This document shows positions 40,990 to 51,334 of a DNA stretch of 64,000 bases, piece after piece; position 1 is the stretch's first letter, and the number at the start of each line of letters is the position of its first letter. Source of the stretch: Negativicutes bacterium (GTDB taxonomy: Bacteria > Bacillota > Negativicutes > UBA1444). The stretch is taken from contig CAXXIN010000014.1 in NCBI GenBank assembly GCA_963665275.2, positions 32,001 through 96,000 of the forward strand, read 5' to 3'. The notes beneath the pieces were generated by a model. The model was given only the letters and a program-made list of their open reading frames with translations, was not told the origin of the DNA and searched no databases. Position numbers and translations under genes: made by a program.

Positions 40990-41856
40990 TTGGCGACAAC
41001 AATTGCCCAATCTTTTGTGGGATTTAAATCCAACCTTGAGATTACGGGGTTACAGGCAGAAACCATTTCAACGCGACAAAATAATGTTCGAGATGCTGTC
41101 AAAAGAGACTTTGATGTTTTGGACTCGTTTTTAACTGGATCATATGCCAGAAGCACAATGATAGCGCCGTTAAATCAAGCGGATGTCGATATATTTACAG
41201 TTTTGAAAACGGAACACTATCGATCAGACGGGCAAGCATACTTGCTGGATAAGGTGAAAAATACATTAATAAAAACATATCCGAAATCACCCAAAGTCAG
41301 CAGAAATGGACAAGCTGTTACAATTACATTCACTGATTTTACAGTTGATCTTATTCCTGCATTTTATAGGAAGGGCGGCGGCTATTTGATTCCCAATACA
41401 ATTACTAGCAGTTGGATTGCCACTGATCCCAAACAGCATATTTCAATCTCAAGTGAGCAAAATAAAAACCACAATGGAATGTTGATACCATTGGTGAAAA
41501 TGATCAAATGCTGGAATAAGAGCATGAATTATTGGTTTGGTTCATTTCATCTAGAGGTAATGGCTCAACAAATACTCAAAAAGGTTATAATCAGTGATTA
41601 TCCGTCCGGGGTTAGGTTCTTTTTCGATAAGGGCAGGGATACAGTTGGAAAGAAAACCCCTGATCCAGCTGGCTATAACGACGATGTGGGTTGCAACATT
41701 AATACAAAGGCGAAAATTGATGAAGCCGCTAGTAAATTTACGACTGCTTACACTCGGGCAAGCAAGGCGGAATCATTTGCGCGAGACGGGAATATACCAA
41801 GTGCGGTTGAAGAATGGAGAAAAATTTTCGGCAATCAATTTCCGGCATTTGGATAA
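40990..41856 (+). CDS. SMODS/CD-NTase nucleotidyltransferase 2
   Basis: TTG start after GGAGG; LTGSYARST.....ADVDI, VDLIP, TDPK, MIKCWN, SFHLE, WRKIFGNQFP. Confidence 0.88.
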   Translation: MATTIAQSFVGFKSNLEITGLQAETISTRQNNVRDAVKRDFDVLDSFLTGSYARSTMIAPLNQADVDIFTVLKTEHYRSDGQAYLLDKVKNTLIKTYPKSPKVSRNGQAVTITFTDFTVDLIPAFYRKGGGYLIPNTITSSWIATDPKQHISISSEQNKNHNGMLIPLVKMIKCWNKSMNYWFGSFHLEVMAQQILKKVIISDYPSGVRFFFDKGRDTVGKKTPDPAGYNDDVGCNINTKAKIDEAASKFTTAYTRASKAESFARDGNIPSAVEEWRKIFGNQFPAFG

Positions 41857-41868
41857 GGGGGGGCTTGT

Positions 41869-42744
41869 ATGATAGGCGATCAAAATTCACCTGAAAATTT
41901 ACGACTTCTTGCGGCCCAGCGGCAGATATATATTGATGCAAAGTCATATGGAAAGTTTAGATTTTGGGGGTCGTTGGCATTTGCGGTGGTTGGGCCACTT
42001 GCTGCAGCGTATTGTGCTGGTGCTAGCATTTGGGTGCTGCTTTTGAGCAGTATTGCATGGCCCATTATGGTTGAAATATTTAAAGTAAGACAAAAAACTT
42101 TGACCTCACGAGCTGCTACCATACAGGAAGAGTTTGATGTGAATATGTTCGGGCTGCCATGGAATCATATTTTGGTTGGAAACAAAATAGCTAAGGAAAT
42201 TATAATTGAAGCGGATCGTCAATTTAGAGGTGATAAGAAAGACTTACAGAACTGGTATCCTGTTAGTTCACAAGAAAAAGGGCCTTTGGATATTCTTGTG
42301 AAGCAACGTACCAATTTGCTTTGGGATAGGCGATTGCGTATTAAGTACGCGAGGTTGTTAGGACTGGTAATTGCTTCAGTTTTTGTTGTTGAAGTTTGTA
42401 TCTGTATCTATCGAGAAATGAGATTATTAGACTGGCTTATTCAGTATTTTGCTCCATTGATGCCACTGATTTTACTTGGGATTGAAAATATTTTAACTCA
42501 TTATGAAATTGCAGGACAGAAGAAGCAGCTGGAAGACGTTATTATGTCAATTTATGAAAAAATTAATGATGGTTTAGTTGAAATATCCTTCGATAAAGAA
42601 TATCGACAAATTCAAGATGCCATATATTCAACGAGAAGACAAACTGTGTTGGTGCCGGAATTTTGGTCTAATAGGTTAAGTAATTCCTTTCAGAGCAACA
42701 TGATAGAAGCCGCGCGTGAGTATCAAAATCTGAAATTAAAGTAA
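41869..42744 (+). CDS. SMODS-associated 4TM (S-4TM) effector
   Basis: QN...LLAAQRQIY..AK, IQEEFD, NWY, QRTNLLWD..LR, QDAIY..R; four hydrophobic segments. Confidence 0.85.
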   Translation: MIGDQNSPENLRLLAAQRQIYIDAKSYGKFRFWGSLAFAVVGPLAAAYCAGASIWVLLLSSIAWPIMVEIFKVRQKTLTSRAATIQEEFDVNMFGLPWNHILVGNKIAKEIIIEADRQFRGDKKDLQNWYPVSSQEKGPLDILVKQRTNLLWDRRLRIKYARLLGLVIASVFVVEVCICIYREMRLLDWLIQYFAPLMPLILLGIENILTHYEIAGQKKQLEDVIMSIYEKINDGLVEISFDKEYRQIQDAIYSTRRQTVLVPEFWSNRLSNSFQSNMIEAAREYQNLKLK

Positions 42745-42751
42745 TGTTTTC

Positions 42752-42919
42752 CGTACCCCTTGCCCGGCCTTCAGCCCGCCATCAGGTGGGCTTCCGTTTG
42801 CCGCTCCTCGGGCCGCTCTCGTTATCGCCCACGTCACCGTCGCGACCTTCCGAACAATCCTGCCCGCTTTCGCAGAACGCGCCAACATAGTGCTGGTTTC
42901 ATCATAGCGCCGCCACCGC
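42752..42919 (-). repeat. Structured element copy C
   Basis: 42805-42919 matches 45201-45318 in blocks of 20, 14, 18 and 12 bp; 42752-42815 matches the reverse complement of 24065-24134. Confidence 0.85.
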
Positions 42920-43070
42920 CTGTAGATCCGTCCTCGCCTCGATTTGAGCGCGGACTTCGCTATGGCCGCCGGCGGCGCTAAATATATTCGTAACGCTATT
43001 GCGCGAAAAAAGGAAATGGGCCGCTCAAGCAGAAACAAATATTGATCGAAGAAAAAGCATGGAGGGACAA

Positions 43071-44768
43071 ATGGAAGTAGCCATGTTGCAAAACATGATC
43101 TCCGCCGGTGAACAGTTGTCGGTTGAGTTTAAATCAGACCGTAGCGGTTCCCGGGGTGAGCATATGCTGGGAGAAGAAACGATCTTGAGCGAAGCGGTGG
43201 CGTTGGCCAACTCCGGTGGCGGCTATTTGCTCATTGGGGTGGAAGATGATGGCAAGGTAACCGGCTTGAATTCTCAGCGCAGTGACCAGCGTCCGGAAGC
43301 CTTGCAGGCATTCATTTTTAATAAAACGCAGCCACCGATTTCGACTGAAACCGAAGTCGTTTCCCATGCGGATGGGAGTGTGATGGTGGTTCGGGTGCTT
43401 TCGATGCATGGCGTGGTTTATGCTACAATGTCTGGCAAAATGCTGCGCCGCGAAATGACTGCGCAAGGACCGGAGACTCGGATAATGTACCCTTATCAGG
43501 TGATCAGCCTGCTTTCACAACAACGGCAGATCGATTACTCGGAACAGATCCTGCATGATTTGGACTGGACGGCACTCGATCCGCTGGAACTCGAACGGGC
43601 GAAGCAAATGGTGGAACGAAATGCGGGTCGCAGCGATGCTTCGCTGGTGGGGCTGGATGCGGTTGAATTGGCCAAGGCGCTGGGGCTGGTTGTGACGGAT
43701 GGCAGCGTTTTGCGTCCCACCATTGCAGGACTACTGGTTGCAGGGCGGGAGGCGGTCTTGCGCCGGTACTTGCCAATGCATCACGTGCTTTTTCAGCGGA
43801 TCGATGAACGGGATGAAGTGCGGATAAACGATTCCTTCCGACAGGCGCTTCTCTCGACCCTGGACGCGGTTGAACAGCGGTTTGCCGCTCAAAATCAGGA
43901 ACAAGAGGTCATGGTGGGCTTGTTTCGACTGTCAATTCCTGATTATTCACAGATGGGCTTTCGTGAGGCCTTGCTGAACGCGATAGTTCATCGTGATTAT
44001 GCGGTCCGGGGCGAAGTTTTTATCCAGTGGCGACCGGATCATTTATTGATTACGAATCCGGGTGGCTTCATGCCAGGAATTACTTTGGAAAACCTTATAT
44101 ACCATGAGCCGTTGTCGCGCAACCCTTTGTTGGTCGATATTTTCAAGCGACTGGGACTGGTGGAACGGACGGCTCGGGGAGTGGATCGGATTTTTCAGGG
44201 TCAATTGCGGTTTGGGAGACCGGCGCCAGACTATTCGCGTTCGGATGCTTCCGGTGTGCGGGTGCTGTTGCCTGGCGGCAGGCCTTCGCTGGAGTTTGCC
44301 CGACTGGTGTATCAGGAAGAAAAAGCAATGGGAAAAACACTGCCGCTGGACCAGCTGATGGCATTAAACCACTTGTTTTTCTGCCGACGCACAGATGCAG
44401 AAACCTTGGCTAAGGCGATCCATCGAGATGTGAACGCGGCGCGGGCTTTGCTGGAGAATTTGGTGGAACAAGGCTGGGTGGAAGCTTCCGGCAATAAAAA
44501 AGGCCGCACTTATCACTTCGCAGCCAAAGTCTATGCTGCGGAGGGTAATCCGGCGGGATACGTGCGGGCGGCCGGGCTGGATCCTGAGGAACAGGAACAA
44601 CGGGTACGAAAATTTGTTAAGGCGCATGGGAGAATAGAGAGGAAGAACGTGATGGATCTTTGCAAGGTGGATGCGTCGGATGCTTTCCGAATTCTTCAAC
44701 GGCTTGTTAGCGCTGGCGAAATCGTCTTGGTAGGCAAAGGACGCAGTGCCTACTATCGAAAAAAATAG
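43071..44768 (+). CDS. AlbA_2/Schlafen domain, HATPase-like (RecG-C type) and wHTH protein
   Basis: VEFKSD, ALANSGGGYLLIGVEDDG, REALLNAIVHRDY, NPGG, RNP, C-terminal HTHs. Confidence 0.88.
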   Translation: MEVAMLQNMISAGEQLSVEFKSDRSGSRGEHMLGEETILSEAVALANSGGGYLLIGVEDDGKVTGLNSQRSDQRPEALQAFIFNKTQPPISTETEVVSHADGSVMVVRVLSMHGVVYATMSGKMLRREMTAQGPETRIMYPYQVISLLSQQRQIDYSEQILHDLDWTALDPLELERAKQMVERNAGRSDASLVGLDAVELAKALGLVVTDGSVLRPTIAGLLVAGREAVLRRYLPMHHVLFQRIDERDEVRINDSFRQALLSTLDAVEQRFAAQNQEQEVMVGLFRLSIPDYSQMGFREALLNAIVHRDYAVRGEVFIQWRPDHLLITNPGGFMPGITLENLIYHEPLSRNPLLVDIFKRLGLVERTARGVDRIFQGQLRFGRPAPDYSRSDASGVRVLLPGGRPSLEFARLVYQEEKAMGKTLPLDQLMALNHLFFCRRTDAETLAKAIHRDVNAARALLENLVEQGWVEASGNKKGRTYHFAAKVYAAEGNPAGYVRAAGLDPEEQEQRVRKFVKAHGRIERKNVMDLCKVDASDAFRILQRLVSAGEIVLVGKGRSAYYRKK

Positions 44769-44862
44769 AGGCTCCGTTGGTTGCCTTTTTTGCGTGTTTC
44801 TGTGCGTTTATTTGTGCGTTTACCCGCTGGTAATGGCGAAATATCAAGTGTTATAGAAAATA

Positions 44863-44912
44863 TTTATTGCGAGCATTAAACGCACAATTGAGCGTTTAAT
44901 GCTCGCAATAAA
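44863..44912. repeat. 50-bp near-perfect palindrome
   Basis: TTTATTGCGAGCATTAAACGC-ACAATTGA-GCGTTTAATGCTCGCAATAAA. Confidence 0.9.
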
Positions 44913-45149
44913 CGAAATTCTTATAATCCAATCTTGGCTAAAAAAGCAATTAGGTAAATAAAAAACGCAATTAGAATTTCAGCGCAGGTCACAAATTCAG
45001 TAAAATGGGCCTATCTCGTATTTACACAAAGCGATGGAATAAATTGCGTATTTCAGCGACAGGTAAATAGAAAAAGGCTTAGCCCAGCGCTGCATACTAG
45101 AGGGGAATGGAATTGCAATTAATTGTAAAATGGGGAGTTGCGCGCCACT

Positions 45150-45759
45150 CGCGTCCCTGCGGGCCGGGCTGCGATCCGCTGCGCGGCTCTCCGCTCCCGG
45201 TCCTCGGGCCGCTCTCGTTACTGCTCCCGCCACCGGTCCCAAGCCTCTCAATGAATCCTGCCCGCTTCCGAAGAAACGCGCCAACATAGTGCCAGCCTCG
45301 TCAGTCCGCCGCCACCGCAGCCGAAACGTCGGCCACGGTCGCGGCTTTTGCATTGCACCGCTGCGTCTTCGCCTGCGCTCTGGTTGCTCCCTTCGGGGGA
45401 AGGCGTCGTGGCTTGCGCCACCACGCCCGCGCTGCCGAAGTGCTCTGCCCGATCCGTCGGCGTAATTCGCCCCGGCACCTTCGGTCCCGGTCCGGATCAC
45501 TCCTCCTTACTGCCAGCCGCCCGCTACTGCCTGGGAGAGCAGCCACCGCACCCGAAGCGTCGGGCACGGTAGCTGCCGGGGCGGCTCCCGGTCGTTATCG
45601 CCAACATCACCGCCAGGCATCCGATAACATCCCGTTATGTATAGTTGTCCGCTGCGCGGCTACCGCTCGCTTTGCTGCGCGCCCTACGGGTCTACATAAC
45701 GAATGTTATCCGACGCTTCTGGCTGGTTTGGGTGGCGGCACACGAGAGGATTTGCCCTG
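45150..45759 (-). repeat. Structured GC-rich element copy B, with paired dif-like sites at 45617-45716
   Basis: Inverted homolog of copy A; also shares sequence with copy C. Confidence 0.8.
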
Positions 45760-46182
45760 CGGGCCGCCGCCTTTGCCGGCTGGGTCAGGTAGGCATCTGA
45801 ATTGCGTCGCTGTGCGCGGGCTCCAGATCGGCTGCGCCGCTCTTCCCGCTCCGTGCTCGCGCCACCTTTGCAACTGTAATTTATTTAAAAAGAAAGACCG
45901 CCGGAAAAGGCGATCGAAAATTCACGATGCGAAACGAAAAACTGCCGCAGGGACAGGCGCGAAAGCTTGTGCCGCAGGCAGTTTGTTTTTTTGCCCTCTC
46001 ATTTTAGCCGCTTTTACTATTTTGGCAAGGGCAGAGCTGCTGCGCAGCCGGTCGCTCACGCGCCCGCCCCTTGCCAACCTGATAGGAGCGGCTACGGAGT
46101 AACCAGCAAAAAAAGTTTGCCAGGGAGCGGGAGGCTGGCGACAGCTGGGCGACACACTCAAAAAGATGGGAGGCTGCACAAC

Positions 46183-46470
46183 ATGGAAAAATCGTTTAGT
46201 ATTTTGGAGAACCGGCAGAAAAGTGTCGAGGACATGCTGGAGGTGCTGCTGGAGCTGGACCAGATTCTGTACAAGCCCGACGGGCTGCCGTATGTGCTGG
46301 AGCGACATGAGCAGATGCAGCGGAAAATTGCCAGTGCGCGGGAGGAGATCGCGTTTTTGACAGAAGAGATAGCGCTGGCGGAAGCAAAACGGCAGCGGCG
46401 CCAGGAACGAGTGGAGCAGGCAGCTCGTCGTTTGCAGCGGAGAAGGGAAAGAAACAGGGGGCTGAACTGA
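46183..46470 (+). CDS. Small coiled-coil hypothetical protein
   Basis: GGGAGG RBS; 95-aa helical ORF with basic tail. Confidence 0.55.
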   Translation: MEKSFSILENRQKSVEDMLEVLLELDQILYKPDGLPYVLERHEQMQRKIASAREEIAFLTEEIALAEAKRQRRQERVEQAARRLQRRRERNRGLN

Positions 46471-46992
46471 TATGCGGAAATGCTACGCATTTTTGGTAAT
46501 CGTGCTGTGGGTTTGTCTCTGCTTCGGTAGGCGGGGGACTAGTGGTGAGCGTTTTGAAATTTTTCCAATGGACAGGATGGCCGCCATCCTGTCCAGGGCG
46601 GGAATAGGGAAAACGGCGAAATTGTAAAAAGGTCGAGAAAAAACGTCTTCGCAGGATGCGTTTTAAAGCCTGTTAGAAAGTTTGCATGGGGTCGACCTAG
46701 TGGCCCCAGTTTCTTTTTTCGTAGCCTGCAAAAAAAATGGAGTTTGTTCGCTTTTAAGGGAGCTATTTATCGAACCTACATGCGCAAATATATGTTCGAT
46801 ATAGTAAGGCCAAACAGTGGGAAAATGATGCGTTGAATTCCCTTTGTGTTTGAGAAGACTTGCAGGATATTTGGATTATTATAGGAATTATTACTAAGTA
46901 CGGGAGGTATATGAGTGTAAGAGATGCGAAGACTGACCGCATCGTCAAACTTTAATAGATTGTTGAATTTTACAGGGAGGAACAATGACATT

Positions 46993-48828
46993 ATGAGGAT
47001 AACAAAAATCAATATACCTGAAATCGAATTCCAAGAAGATGGGCTCGGAACTATTATCATGGATCGACTTGGTGACACGGTGCTGATCGCTGGACGGAAC
47101 GGATCGGGGAAAACAAGACTATTAAATAGGATAAGATACTGTATCACCAATCGACCTGATTCCAATGAAATTATGAATTTGGAGAATAATCTCAGGTCTT
47201 GGATTAAGGCACTGGAAAATCAGCCGGACGATCCAAATGCTATGCAATGGAAAAATGCAATTGAAAATAACAAAAAGAGACTTTGTCTTATTGACTATAT
47301 AACCTTTTCAGAAGAAGCAGAAAAGTATATTGTTGTTGATTTTGTACCTAAAAAACTAGAGTTGGCCGATAGCGGAGCGTTGCCTCTCAATACCTTGATT
47401 GAACGCGCGAATAATTTGTCTCAAATAGGCGTTAGTAACCTTGCAGATGGTGCATTTGCGAGAATTCAATTTGAGCAGAACGCATACTGGCAGGTAACCC
47501 ATCCTGAATATACTATTGAGGAAGTCGAAAGAAATAGAATCATCGAATCGTACAAAGCTCTTTAACAATTGATAAAATCTCTTATGGGGTGTGATCTAAC
47601 TCGTTCACCTGAGGGTATCGCTCAGATATTCGGTTTTCCTTTGGGAAAAGCTAATTTATCAGATGGACAAAAAGTGTTATTGCAATTATGCGTAGCTATT
47701 CATTCTCAAGGAGCGTCTTTGAACAGTTTAATATTATTGATGGATGAGCCTGAAAACCACTTGCATCCATCATTATTGATAGAAGTAATAGATAAAATAC
47801 GAGAACAGGTTACAGAGGGTCAATTATGGATAGCGACACATTCTCTTACGCTATTGTCTCATCTGGATACATCTTGTATATGGTATATGGATGATAACAA
47901 AATTGGCTACTCTGGAAGACAACCTGAAAAAGTACTGCGAGGTCTACTCGGCAATGAGATTCAGATTAGTAGGTTTGCTGATTTCCTGAGCTTGCCTGCA
48001 CATTTTGCAGCTAACCGCTTCGCTTATGAATCGCTATTCCAGCCAAGCGCAACGCAAACTGACATCGGAGATGCTCAAACCTCGCAAATTACAGGTGAAT
48101 TAAGAAGGTATAAGCCCGGCGAAAGTATTAGAGTGATTGATTATGGTGCGGGTAAAGGTCGGCTGGCCGATGCCGTTTTTTACTCAGATAGCTTAGAGGA
48201 CAAAAATTCAATTTCAAATTGGTTCGATTATATTGCGTTTGATGCCTTTGCTGAAGATAAATGCTACTGCGAAATGGCCATTCAAAGAATATATGGGACA
48301 TCAGAAAATCGATATTTTAATGACGAGTATCAAGTGTTGGGGCGCTTTGGCGAAAATAGTGTTGACGTTGTTGTCATGTGTAATGTATTGCATGAAATCC
48401 CACCTACTGATTGGCTCAGACTGTTTTCAACAGAGGAATTAATCGTGAAGTGTCTAAAAAACGATGGCGTAGTGCTTCTTGTTGAAGATCTTCTGTTGCC
48501 AGTTGGTGAAAAGCCACATCGAAATGGATTTTGTGTTTTAGGGTTGTCTCAAGTAAAAGCCTTATTCCAGATTGAAGAGAACTGTGAAGGGTTTCGTTAT
48601 GCAGATGCAAGGGGAGATAATAGGCTTGTAGCATATCAGATCCCTAAATCTCATTTATCGAGAATAAGTAGTAACTCCCGTAAAAATGCACTTCAGGGCA
48701 TAGCAGCGCAGGCTAAATCGGAAATAAGAAGACTTAGATCTGCAGAAGCCAGTTATAAAAACGGGAAATTACTTGGATTTTGGGTACAACAGTTTGCAAA
48801 TGCACAATTGTGTTTGGAGGAGATATGA
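46993..48828 (+). pseudogene. ABC-type (AAA_15/21-like) ATPase fused to class I SAM methyltransferase, with in-frame TAA at 47563-47565
   Basis: GRNGSGKT in ORF1; LSDGQ, LMDEPENHLHP, IATHS, IDYGAGKGR and CNVLHEI in ORF2; both ORFs in the same frame. Confidence 0.75.
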
Positions 48829-48869
48829 GAAGACGAGGTAAAAGGATTTGAAATTTGGGGGGTTGAAAA

Positions 48870-50483
48870 ATGCAGTGTCCGGTTTGCAAAACGCAGGATC
48901 AAGTTCAAAAAGTTTCGGCAATAGTATCCGCTGGTACCAGCACGTCAAAAACGACAGGGAGCGCTGTGACAGTGGGAGTTACGTCGGCTTTGCAGCTCGG
49001 AGCGGCGCGCACTTCGATTAAGACTAATTCAACCTCATCAAGCGTATTGGCTCAGAAAGTGGCAGTACCCATAAACAACAATACCAGATCGAAAAACGCA
49101 TGTGCAGTGTTCTCTGGGGTGTTCATTATAGGGTATATACTCATGTTGGTTATTGGGATTAGTGCGAAAGGAAACATGCCGCCAATAATGTTTGTTATTG
49201 CAGTGATTGCCGCCGTAATTGCTTATCTTGCTTCAGCCCCTGAGGGTGAAGTCGCAACGCAGAAACATGAAATCGCTCTTCAAATATGGAATGACCTCAA
49301 TTATTGTCATCGCTGTGATGTGGTTTTTACTTCAGCAGGTTCGCATGTTCGTTTGGATCGAATCAACGAACTATTATTTCCGCCGGCGCAGACATATAAA
49401 ACGATAAGCCCGCAGGTGAACGGCATAATGGCTTTGAACGAGACGGCGGAAACAAAACTATTAATGGCTGCTAAGAGAGGGGATATACATGTTTTGCGGC
49501 ACCAATTAAAAATTGGGGCAGATATTAACACTAGAGATAGAGATGGCGCAACGGCGCTGATACTGGCGACCCGCGACAACTATGGTAACATTGTTCGGGT
49601 GCTAGTAAATCGCGGGGCAAGTGTACATTTAAAAGCTCATAATGGCGATACGGCATTAGGGGTTGCGACTAAGAATGCGCTGTCGGAAATTATTCAAATA
49701 CTACAAGAGGTGAGTACAAAGGGTGCGAATAGTTCGACCGATAGACTCGAATCAGTATCTCAAACACGAATGGGAAACGACAAGTTACTGTCCGGGGATG
49801 ATGAATGTGAAGTCGCCAAGCAAAAGCAGTTGACGGACCCAGGTAGCCTCGCGAATGCGAAGACGAAAGATGAGATTATGGAGGCTGTTTTTGCGAATAC
49901 AGCTTTGATGATTGCTGCGGAAGAGGGCAATTTGGCTGAGGTACGAAAACTTTTGAAGCAAGGTTCAGACATAAACGAAACAAATTGTCAACAAGAATCG
50001 GCTTTAATGCTTGCGGCTGGCGCTGGACATTTTGCAGTAATAAGCGAGCTCCTGCAAAATGGTGCAGGAACAAATGTGAATGATTGTGATCTGTTCTTAA
50101 ACATGTCGGCCTTACACAAAGCGGCGGAGATCGGCGATGTAAAAATTATCCACGAATTGCTGAAGCATGGTGCAAACGTGAATAATGCGGGGAAAGGCCT
50201 TGGACAAACGGCCCTGACATTTGCAGTTTCCAATGGACATGAGGCTGCTGTTCGCGAGTTGTTGAATCAGGGAGCGGATGTAAACGCAAAATGGATTGAG
50301 GGAACAACAGCATTGATGCTGGCGGCTATATCTGGTGATGTAGCAATAACGAAATTACTGCTGGAAACTGGTGCAAACCCCAAAGCAAAAGGAAGTGATG
50401 GTTTAACCGCTTTTAATCTTGCGTATAAACATGATCATGGAGACGTTGTTGATATACTTAAAGTTGCAGAAGGAAGAATATGA
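48870..50483 (+). CDS. Zn-ribbon/2TM ankyrin repeat protein
   Basis: CPVC, two TM segments, CHRC, multiple G.TAL..A ankyrin repeats. Confidence 0.85.
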   Translation: MQCPVCKTQDQVQKVSAIVSAGTSTSKTTGSAVTVGVTSALQLGAARTSIKTNSTSSSVLAQKVAVPINNNTRSKNACAVFSGVFIIGYILMLVIGISAKGNMPPIMFVIAVIAAVIAYLASAPEGEVATQKHEIALQIWNDLNYCHRCDVVFTSAGSHVRLDRINELLFPPAQTYKTISPQVNGIMALNETAETKLLMAAKRGDIHVLRHQLKIGADINTRDRDGATALILATRDNYGNIVRVLVNRGASVHLKAHNGDTALGVATKNALSEIIQILQEVSTKGANSSTDRLESVSQTRMGNDKLLSGDDECEVAKQKQLTDPGSLANAKTKDEIMEAVFANTALMIAAEEGNLAEVRKLLKQGSDINETNCQQESALMLAAGAGHFAVISELLQNGAGTNVNDCDLFLNMSALHKAAEIGDVKIIHELLKHGANVNNAGKGLGQTALTFAVSNGHEAAVRELLNQGADVNAKWIEGTTALMLAAISGDVAITKLLLETGANPKAKGSDGLTAFNLAYKHDHGDVVDILKVAEGRI

Positions 50484-50524
50484 TACCGTAAAGTGACGTG
50501 ACTCTGAAGCTCACTTAAGAAAGG

Positions 50525-50938
50525 TTGCGTGATGAATACGTGGGACAGTTTGGAAGTGCCTCTATCTTGGCGGTTGATATATGCAAACGGGATGCGCTTT
50601 CCCCGGAAGTTGCTTGGCGTATCGCCTGTGGCGAAAAGATATCTAGTATAAACAGCAGAAATAAAGGATGCCCAAGGGCCACTTTTTTGGGGATGGTTTA
50701 CGCAGGTTTGATCAACGGGATTTCCACTGGTGTAGATGCTTGTTGTCAAAGTTCGAAAAATGGACAGTATGCTTTTGTTGCTGTAGGCGTTCTTCGTGAA
50801 TCCCCAATGCTTGCCAAGAACAAAAATGCTCTATGGAAAACCGTAATGGGTAAATTGGGCCAAGCAAGTAATAAGGCGCAAAACAATCAAATGGATATAG
50901 TAATTTCCCTGTGGAATCAAGGATTGGTCAATACATAA
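50525..50938 (+). CDS. DUF6979-like protein
   Basis: KGCPRATFLG, SKNGQYA, NNQMDIVISLW motifs. Confidence 0.6.
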   Translation: MRDEYVGQFGSASILAVDICKRDALSPEVAWRIACGEKISSINSRNKGCPRATFLGMVYAGLINGISTGVDACCQSSKNGQYAFVAVGVLRESPMLAKNKNALWKTVMGKLGQASNKAQNNQMDIVISLWNQGLVNT

Positions 50939-51218
50939 ACGGTAAAACAAGACCCGCTCTATGCACGTATTTAGTGGTGGTACAGATAGGGTAGTTAGGA
51001 CGATAAAGTGGGCTCAAGAATCTTATAAACATGGGTTCAGCAACCATTAAAATGTATCTTTGGTTAAATCGTGAGAATGCCAATTTTTAACGGAGTATTA
51101 TCAAGCGACTTCCTCCCTTGGTTTTTAAATTACATTCAAGTGATCAAATCAAAGGTGAGAGAAACACAAAGATGTTGTCTATTACCAATGGACGTTTGTT
51201 GCGTATATCCGAATTTTC

Positions 51219-51242
51219 TTTCTAAAAGTCTTCTAAAAATCG
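51219..51242 (+). repeat. Putative integrase arm-type site (right)
   Basis: Identical to 19666-19689. Confidence 0.7.
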
Positions 51243-51334
51243 ATTCAAAACCCGTCACTATTCATCTCTCGGAAAGTGAATTCGTGGCGCGCCAATACTG
51301 AAAAGGCATTACGCATCTCGATGACCTCGCGCAT

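Noticed and set aside
44863-44912. Protelomerase telRL site
   Set aside because: Only a superficial palindrome resemblance; no protelomerase gene in the element.
19615-51334. Complete prophage or conjugative ICE
   Set aside because: No terminase, portal, capsid, tail, relaxase, coupling protein or VirB4 recognisable.
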